From contig CAYPYW010000004.1 of assembly GCA_964415365.1 (NCBI GenBank), positions 23,658 through 87,657 on the forward strand: a DNA stretch of 64,000 bases, read 5' to 3'. Shown here in pieces: positions 58,188 through 64,000 of the stretch. A program made the position numbers and the translations under genes. Below the pieces are notes generated by a model that ran no database searches, was not told where the DNA came from, and worked only from the letters and a program-made list of their open reading frames with translations. This DNA is from an uncultured Actinomycetota bacterium (GTDB lineage: Bacteria; Actinomycetota; Humimicrobiia; Humimicrobiales; Humimicrobiaceae). Position 1 is the first letter of the stretch. Each line of letters opens with the position of its first letter.

Positions 58188-60584
58188 ATGACCAGGTCGA
58201 AAAAAACAATCACAATGATGATATTATTACTTCTAATTACAGTTCTGAATCTTACTTCCTGCCGTAACAGAAGCGAAGAAGAGTCCATCGATATAGGAGT
58301 ATTCACAGGCATCCCAAATTCATATCTTTTAAGTAAGATAAATGTGCCCGGTCAAGCCATAGATGTCGATACAGACGGTAATTACGCCTACCTTACCAGT
58401 GATCTGGGCATCCTTTATATAATAGATATTAAAGATAAGGAGAACCCTGCAGTAGTTGGGAAGTGCAACGGAGTAGATTCAGCAAATATTGTAATTGTCA
58501 AAGATAATTACGCATATATCTCATATACCGAGTGGATCAGCGATGAAAATGTTGAAGCTTATACTAACTGCGGATTTTACATAGTGGATATACGCAAAAA
58601 AGAGAATCCCATACTTGTCGGAAACTATAATACCGGCGAGAATAATAATAAATCAGCGTATGGCTTATTCATTGAAGGTGATTATGTCTATATTAATACT
58701 TCGGTTGAAAATGAAAATTGGGAAATAAGTAAGTTTGAGATTGTAGACATTTCGAAAAAAAATAACCCCGAAATTGTCAGTGCATATGAAGTGGATGGAC
58801 TACCTTCGAGTATATGGGTGAAGGATAGTCTAGCCTATATAAATATCAATTTTTACGATTATGAAAAAAGAGAATATGCGGATGACAGCAGGCTGCTTGT
58901 TCTAGATGTAAAAGAAAAAAATAATCCTAAAATTGTAGGTTCGTGCAAGATTCCTTCAAATTCGTGGGGAATATATGTGCTGGGAAGTTATGCTTATGTT
59001 ACAAGCTGTAAAAGTGATGAGGAAAGAGAAAGGTATACTGAAAGTATACTTCAGATAGTGGATGTGAGAGATTTATCTAATCTAAAAGCTCTTGGAAGTT
59101 GCGAAATTCCAGGTGGGGCATGGGAACTGGATTCTGTGGGCGATTTTATTTATGTATCAAGCCTATCTGGAGGAATATATACTGTAGATGTCAAAGATGA
59201 TAAAAATCCTATTATTGTTGATAGTCTAAATACTGATGGAACTTCATACGATATAACCATAAAAGGCAACTACGGATATATTGTGGATGGGTTTGAAGGA
59301 ATGGCTATAGTAGAATTATCAGGTCAGGTTGTAGAAAAAGAAAAATTGTACACTGATAGCAGCAGTGATACGAACTTACCTCCAAAAGCTTTTATTGAGA
59401 TTACCGGAGACAAGCTGGCGGAGGACTGTTTTCAAATAAAAAATCCGGTGTATTTTGACGGCAGGAAATCTTTTGATCCGGATGGAGATGAGCTAAATTA
59501 TTTATGGGTAGTAAATGGTGACAAATCTTCAGATGAAGAATCTTTTTCTTACTATTTTGATAAACCAGGCGAGAATGAAGTAGAACTGGTTGTTTCAGAT
59601 GGAACTGAAAGCAGTAAGGCAGTTGAGGCTGTACTGGTTACAGAGATGAATCTACCTATCACATCCCTCATTCAGCATGATTTTAAGGTTGAGATAGAAT
59701 ATACTTTAACGAACAATAGTACAGAAAGTTTAGAGGATATTGAGTGTTTTATGAGAATCCCGCAGACATATTACCCATTCCAGATAATAAATGATCTTTT
59801 ACCCAATATTCCAAATACTGATGAATTGTTTGATAACAACTGGAATTCGCTTATCCATTTTCAATTTGAAGATGAGCTTCAGGCAGGTGAAAGTCTAACT
59901 GCATCGGTAGAAGCAGATGTAACTATGTATGAATTCGATTATAGATATATTGATAGTGACAATTTAAGTTATGACGAAAATGATGAGGATCTGGAAACAT
60001 ATACTACTGATGACTTATTTATAGATTCGGATAACCCTGAAATTTACAATACAGCTGAATCATTAATTAAAAGTGAAACCAGACCAATAGAAATAGCAAA
60101 AATTCTCTATAATTTTGTAATCAGGAATCTTTATTACGACTTCCCACGTGCTGAGGAAAAAAATTATGAATTTCTTTATGCTTCTGAAATATTGGAAAGA
60201 GGAAAGGGCGTGTGCAGCGATTATGCTATTCTGTATGCAGCTCTTTTGAGATCAGCAGGTATACCTGCAAGGCTTGCAGCAGGAATTCCTGTATATACTA
60301 TTCTGTATGAAAGAGAAAAAGAGATAGATATGGGACATGCATGGGTTGAAATTAAACTACCCGGTTATGGGTGGATACCGATAGATATTACACCGGAAGA
60401 AGATTTTATGTCTTCAAATTATTATCTGGATGTTGTCATAGAAAAAGGTTCCGGGTATTTATATGAAAATAAAACAATGGACTGGGGAAGTTATTATTAT
60501 GATGGGTTTTTAGTTCCAGAGGAGGACCAGGAATTTATTTACAGAGTAACCGGTCTTGACCTTGGAGACATTGAACTTGACTAA
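58188..60584 (+). CDS. Lipoprotein: seven LVIVD repeats + PKD domain + transglutaminase-like catalytic domain
   Basis: Lipobox LTSC; repeats of the type GNYAY...IIDIKDKENP.VVG; PKD segment FDG..S.DPDGD..Y.W...PG..EV.L.VSDG; triad GVCSDYA / HAWVE / IDIT. Confidence 0.8.
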   Translation: MTRSKKTITMMILLLLITVLNLTSCRNRSEEESIDIGVFTGIPNSYLLSKINVPGQAIDVDTDGNYAYLTSDLGILYIIDIKDKENPAVVGKCNGVDSANIVIVKDNYAYISYTEWISDENVEAYTNCGFYIVDIRKKENPILVGNYNTGENNNKSAYGLFIEGDYVYINTSVENENWEISKFEIVDISKKNNPEIVSAYEVDGLPSSIWVKDSLAYININFYDYEKREYADDSRLLVLDVKEKNNPKIVGSCKIPSNSWGIYVLGSYAYVTSCKSDEERERYTESILQIVDVRDLSNLKALGSCEIPGGAWELDSVGDFIYVSSLSGGIYTVDVKDDKNPIIVDSLNTDGTSYDITIKGNYGYIVDGFEGMAIVELSGQVVEKEKLYTDSSSDTNLPPKAFIEITGDKLAEDCFQIKNPVYFDGRKSFDPDGDELNYLWVVNGDKSSDEESFSYYFDKPGENEVELVVSDGTESSKAVEAVLVTEMNLPITSLIQHDFKVEIEYTLTNNSTESLEDIECFMRIPQTYYPFQIINDLLPNIPNTDELFDNNWNSLIHFQFEDELQAGESLTASVEADVTMYEFDYRYIDSDNLSYDENDEDLETYTTDDLFIDSDNPEIYNTAESLIKSETRPIEIAKILYNFVIRNLYYDFPRAEEKNYEFLYASEILERGKGVCSDYAILYAALLRSAGIPARLAAGIPVYTILYEREKEIDMGHAWVEIKLPGYGWIPIDITPEEDFMSSNYYLDVVIEKGSGYLYENKTMDWGSYYYDGFLVPEEDQEFIYRVTGLDLGDIELD

Positions 60585-60728
60585 TTCTATCAGTAAAAAT
60601 AAAAATTAAGTATTTAATAAAAAAACTAAAATGACCATAAATCTGGATTATGTGCTATGATATAATAATATCCCTATAAAGACGCTGCTAAGATTATATT
60701 ATAATAAGAAAGAAAGTGTCGTTTCGAA

Positions 60729-61916
60729 ATGGTACTTTTTATTTACAATATAATAGTTTCTTTCTTACTACTAATATTTTTTGTTAATTATCTTATCAAT
60801 TCCATTCTTTTTAAAGATATATCAAATTACAAACTGCCTCCAGAAGTAAAAGAAGAAAATCCTCTTATTTCGATTCTGGTACCTGCCCGAAACGAAGAAG
60901 AAAATATAGAAAAATGTCTACTTTCTTTAGTAAAGCAGGATTATAAAAATACAGAAATTCTGGTACTTAATGATAACTCCACTGATAAAACCGCCATCAT
61001 TGCCGGAAATATATCAAAGGTCTTTAAGAATGTAAAACTGATTAATGGTGGGCCTTTGCCAGAGGGATGGACAGGCAAGAATTACGCCTGTTATCAATTG
61101 TTTAAAAAGTCGAAGGGCAAATATTTATTTTTCACCGATGCAGATACTATCCATAACAAGGGATCCGTAACCAGTGCGATCAGTTGTCTTACGCAGGAAA
61201 AGCTTGATATACTGTCCGCGTGTCCAAATCAGATTATGAAATCATTCCACGAGAGGATGGTGATTAATCTGACAAATTTTCAAATTTTAATTCCTCCATT
61301 ACTTTTTGTTAGAAAATCCAGAATTCCTGTATTCGGCAGTGGAATAGGAAGTCTAATGATAGTTAAAAGAAACATTTACCAGAGTCTCGGAGGACATAAA
61401 GGAATTAGAAATAGTTGTGTGGAGGATACCATTATTTCAAAATTATTTATTAAGAAGGGTTATAAATTTATGATTTTTAATGGGAGAAGAACATATTCAA
61501 CCAGATTGTATAATAATTTTAAAGAAATATATGATGGATTTTGCAGAGTCTTTCTTGGAAACTTTAACAGCAAATTTGTGGTCTCATTGATTATTCTTGT
61601 TATGTTTGTCTTCTTCCTATTCCCATTTATTTTACTGGCATTTTTACCCTTTATTGAATTTCAGATTTATGCATTATTCTATACAAATTTGTTAATGGTA
61701 TTATTTCAAATCCTGGTCATATTATCAACAAGGGCAATGGCTACAATGAAAATAAATGGAAGAATTATTGATATATTTTTACACCCAATTTCAATACTTT
61801 ATATGATCTTTATGAATTTAAAGTTATTACTTCAAAGAAAAAGAAACTCCCAGATTAGCTGGAAGGGGAGGCTGTATAGATATTCATCTAATTTCGCAAA
61901 TGGACTATTGAGATAA
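60729..61916 (+). CDS. Membrane-bound GT2 glycosyltransferase (CrtQ/HpnB-like)
   Basis: SILVPARNEE, DNSTD, LPEGWTGKNYAC, FTDADT, VED; N- and C-terminal TM helices. Confidence 0.85.
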   Translation: MVLFIYNIIVSFLLLIFFVNYLINSILFKDISNYKLPPEVKEENPLISILVPARNEEENIEKCLLSLVKQDYKNTEILVLNDNSTDKTAIIAGNISKVFKNVKLINGGPLPEGWTGKNYACYQLFKKSKGKYLFFTDADTIHNKGSVTSAISCLTQEKLDILSACPNQIMKSFHERMVINLTNFQILIPPLLFVRKSRIPVFGSGIGSLMIVKRNIYQSLGGHKGIRNSCVEDTIISKLFIKKGYKFMIFNGRRTYSTRLYNNFKEIYDGFCRVFLGNFNSKFVVSLIILVMFVFFLFPFILLAFLPFIEFQIYALFYTNLLMVLFQILVILSTRAMATMKINGRIIDIFLHPISILYMIFMNLKLLLQRKRNSQISWKGRLYRYSSNFANGLLR

Positions 61917-61920
61917 GAAT

Positions 61921-63288
61921 ATGGAACTGCAAAGAAAACAAATCCTAGAGGGTAACTTAAATAAGCTGCTTTTTAAGTTTGCCGGGCCGGGAATTCTAGG
62001 ATTGCTATCAGGGTTTATCTATGTGATCGTGGATGCTATTTTTGTAGGCAGGGGAGTTGGCTCTCTGGCAATAACCGCCCTTTCAATAGCATTACCTATA
62101 CTGCTGGCAATGATGGCTATTGGACTTATGGTAGGAACTGGTTCCGCTTCTATTATTTCAAGAGCTCTGGGTAGGAATGATATAAAAGAAGCAGTAAATG
62201 CAATGGGGAACGGTGTCATACTGAATTTTTTTCTAAACACCGTTTTTATAGCACTGGGGTATGTGTTTATTGATAGAATGCTTATTTTTTTTGGCGCTTC
62301 CACAGATGTAATACCCCTTGCAAAAGAGTATCTGGTTATCGTATTCCCGGGCTTTATCCTTCTTTCTTTTTTAATCACTACCAATGATTTTGTAAGAGCA
62401 GAGGGAAAGCCCAGAGCAGCAATGTATTTTATTGCTGTTGGGTCATTATTAAATATTATATTTGATCCGGTTTTCATTTTTGGCTTCAAAATGGGCATAA
62501 GAGGAGCCGCCATTGCTACTGTTATAGGTGAAGTACTGAGTACAGCTCTTATAATGTGGTTTTATATGTGGGGTAAAAGTATTTACAAATTTAAGTTGCA
62601 AATGTTTAAGATTGATTTTAGAAAAATAAGAGAAATACTGCTTATCGGCTGTCCAAATTTCTTTATGATGACTATTGCAAGTATAGTAATTCTAATTTTT
62701 AATAGATCGCTACGAATATATGGGAATGATATCCATATAGCTATTCTGGGTATAGGCTACCGGATGATTGGACTGATACAGATACCCATAGTTGTGATAT
62801 CTCAAAGTTTTGCCACTATTTCAAGTTTTAATTATGGTGCAAAAAAATACCTGCGAGTTAAGAAAGTATTAGGAATAACCGTAATGTGGACTACTATTAT
62901 ATCCTTTCTGGCTTTTATACCAATGATGTTTTTCCCAAGGTATTTCTTAAGTATTTTTAGCAGTGACCCCGATCTTATTAATAATGGGATAACACCTTTA
63001 AGAATATTAGTTGCACTTTTTCCTATGGTAGGTATGCACATGGTTAGTGCCAGCTTTTTCCAGTCTCTGGGAAAGGCAATACAATCACTGTTGATTATTT
63101 TGACCAAACAATTTTTATTTTTAGTTCCTGCTATTTACATACTCCCAAAAATTTTTGGCTTAAATGGAGTCTGGCTGGCAATGCCGACCGCAGACTTTTT
63201 GTCATTGTCTATCGCTGCCATATTCATATTTTATGAAATTAGAATTTTTAACCGGAAAGTTGCTGATGAAGCCTTAGAGAGTAGTTGA
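61921..63288 (+). CDS. MATE family efflux transporter
   Basis: VDAIFVG, RAEG.P, NIIFDP.FI, GIRGAAIAT, G.GV.LAM; about 12 TM helices. Confidence 0.92.
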   Translation: MELQRKQILEGNLNKLLFKFAGPGILGLLSGFIYVIVDAIFVGRGVGSLAITALSIALPILLAMMAIGLMVGTGSASIISRALGRNDIKEAVNAMGNGVILNFFLNTVFIALGYVFIDRMLIFFGASTDVIPLAKEYLVIVFPGFILLSFLITTNDFVRAEGKPRAAMYFIAVGSLLNIIFDPVFIFGFKMGIRGAAIATVIGEVLSTALIMWFYMWGKSIYKFKLQMFKIDFRKIREILLIGCPNFFMMTIASIVILIFNRSLRIYGNDIHIAILGIGYRMIGLIQIPIVVISQSFATISSFNYGAKKYLRVKKVLGITVMWTTIISFLAFIPMMFFPRYFLSIFSSDPDLINNGITPLRILVALFPMVGMHMVSASFFQSLGKAIQSLLIILTKQFLFLVPAIYILPKIFGLNGVWLAMPTADFLSLSIAAIFIFYEIRIFNRKVADEALESS

Positions 63289-63349
63289 AGTGTAGACAAT
63301 TCTATAAAAGAAACCTCCCCTAAGATGGACGTGAGGTATTATTTGAATT

Positions 63350-63378
63350 TTGACTTATTGACCTATAGATATTATATT
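63350..63378 (+). promoter_or_regulatory. Sigma70-type promoter candidate for the CDF transporter
   Basis: TTGACT (63350-55), N17, TATATT (63373-78), 26 nt upstream of ATG 63405. Confidence 0.55.
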
Positions 63379-63404
63379 TATTAAAAGTTAATATTCCTTA
63401 TATT

Positions 63405-64000
63405 ATGAAGAAAGAACAATCAATCATTTTAAGAGATTCATACAAGAAAAAAGTTGCCCTTTTTTCTTTACTGGTATCTATTTTTCTTGTTATTATTAAA
63501 GTTGCAATTGCTTATTTTACAAATAGCATTGGCGTTTTCTCAGAGGCTTTAAATAATGGTCTTGATATTGTAACTGTTCTCATAACCTATATGGCCATAA
63601 GGATTTCAACAAGGCCAGCTGATAAAGATCATACTTATGGACATGGAAAGTATGAAAATCTTTCTGCTTTTTTAGAAATTATTATAATATCCGCTTTAAG
63701 TTTCTTTATTATATATAAATCCATTCAAAGAATAATTTATAGAAATTTTGTATTGAATTTAAACTGGTATGTATTTTTAATTTTGGTGATTTCTATAGCT
63801 TTAAATATAATAAGAGTCTTTTATATCGGGAGAGCTGCAAGAAGATACAACTCTTTTGCATTCAAGGCGGATTTTTTAAATTATACAAGTGATATCATAA
63901 GCTCAACCGTTGTAATAGTAGGATTATTAGTAGCTAATACCGGGTTTAACCTAGCAGATCCTATCGCTTCTATAATCGTTTCTATAATTGTTTTGATTTT
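63405..64000 (+). CDS. Cation diffusion facilitator (CDF) transporter, 3'-truncated by the window end (absent from the ORF track)
   Basis: My translation from ATG 63405 is open to the window end: ...SEALNNGLD...RPADKDHTYGHGKYE...ADFLNYTSD...LADPIAS. PAD.DH.YGHGK.E is the FieF/CDF signature. Confidence 0.92.
   Translation, partial: MKKEQSIILRDSYKKKVALFSLLVSIFLVIIKVAIAYFTNSIGVFSEALNNGLDIVTVLITYMAIRISTRPADKDHTYGHGKYENLSAFLEIIIISALSFFIIYKSIQRIIYRNFVLNLNWYVFLILVISIALNIIRVFYIGRAARRYNSFAFKADFLNYTSDIISSTVVIVGLLVANTGFNLADPIASIIVSIIVLI

Overview
Low-GC (AT-rich) bacterial chromosome segment, almost all coded on the + strand. It is mostly a conserved housekeeping backbone: ruvB-queA...tgt-yajC-secDF-recJ-rel-hisS-aspS-6S RNA-alaS-ruvX-mltG-trmR-like-U32, then aro genes, pepQ-efp-nusB-ispA-tlyA-nadK-recN-pyrG, nudF-xerD, trpS-scpAB. 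Three parts depart from this backbone. (1) A ~7.5 kb block splits queA from tgt. It encodes a PAS-HD-GYP phosphodiesterase, a radical SAM enzyme and a methyltransferase/ATP-grasp ligase fusion bracketed by two diverged DUF5698/DUF2179 paralogs, plus a DUF1003 protein. (2) A type IV pilus locus (pilT, pilC, major pilin, pilD, pilMNOP, three minor pilins; no pilB or pilQ in the window) is interleaved with shikimate genes. It carries its own SigB/SigF-type sigma factor directly upstream of the pilin, and the pilin has a matching SigB-type promoter sequence. (3) A terminal block encodes an LVIVD-propeller/PKD/transglutaminase lipoprotein, a GT2 glycosyltransferase, a MATE transporter and a CDF transporter with an unusual ND-ND metal site. 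No tRNA, rRNA, CRISPR array or IS element was recognised. The gene order and lack of a secretin suggest a monoderm organism (inference only). All protein assignments come from motif recognition by eye, not from database searches.
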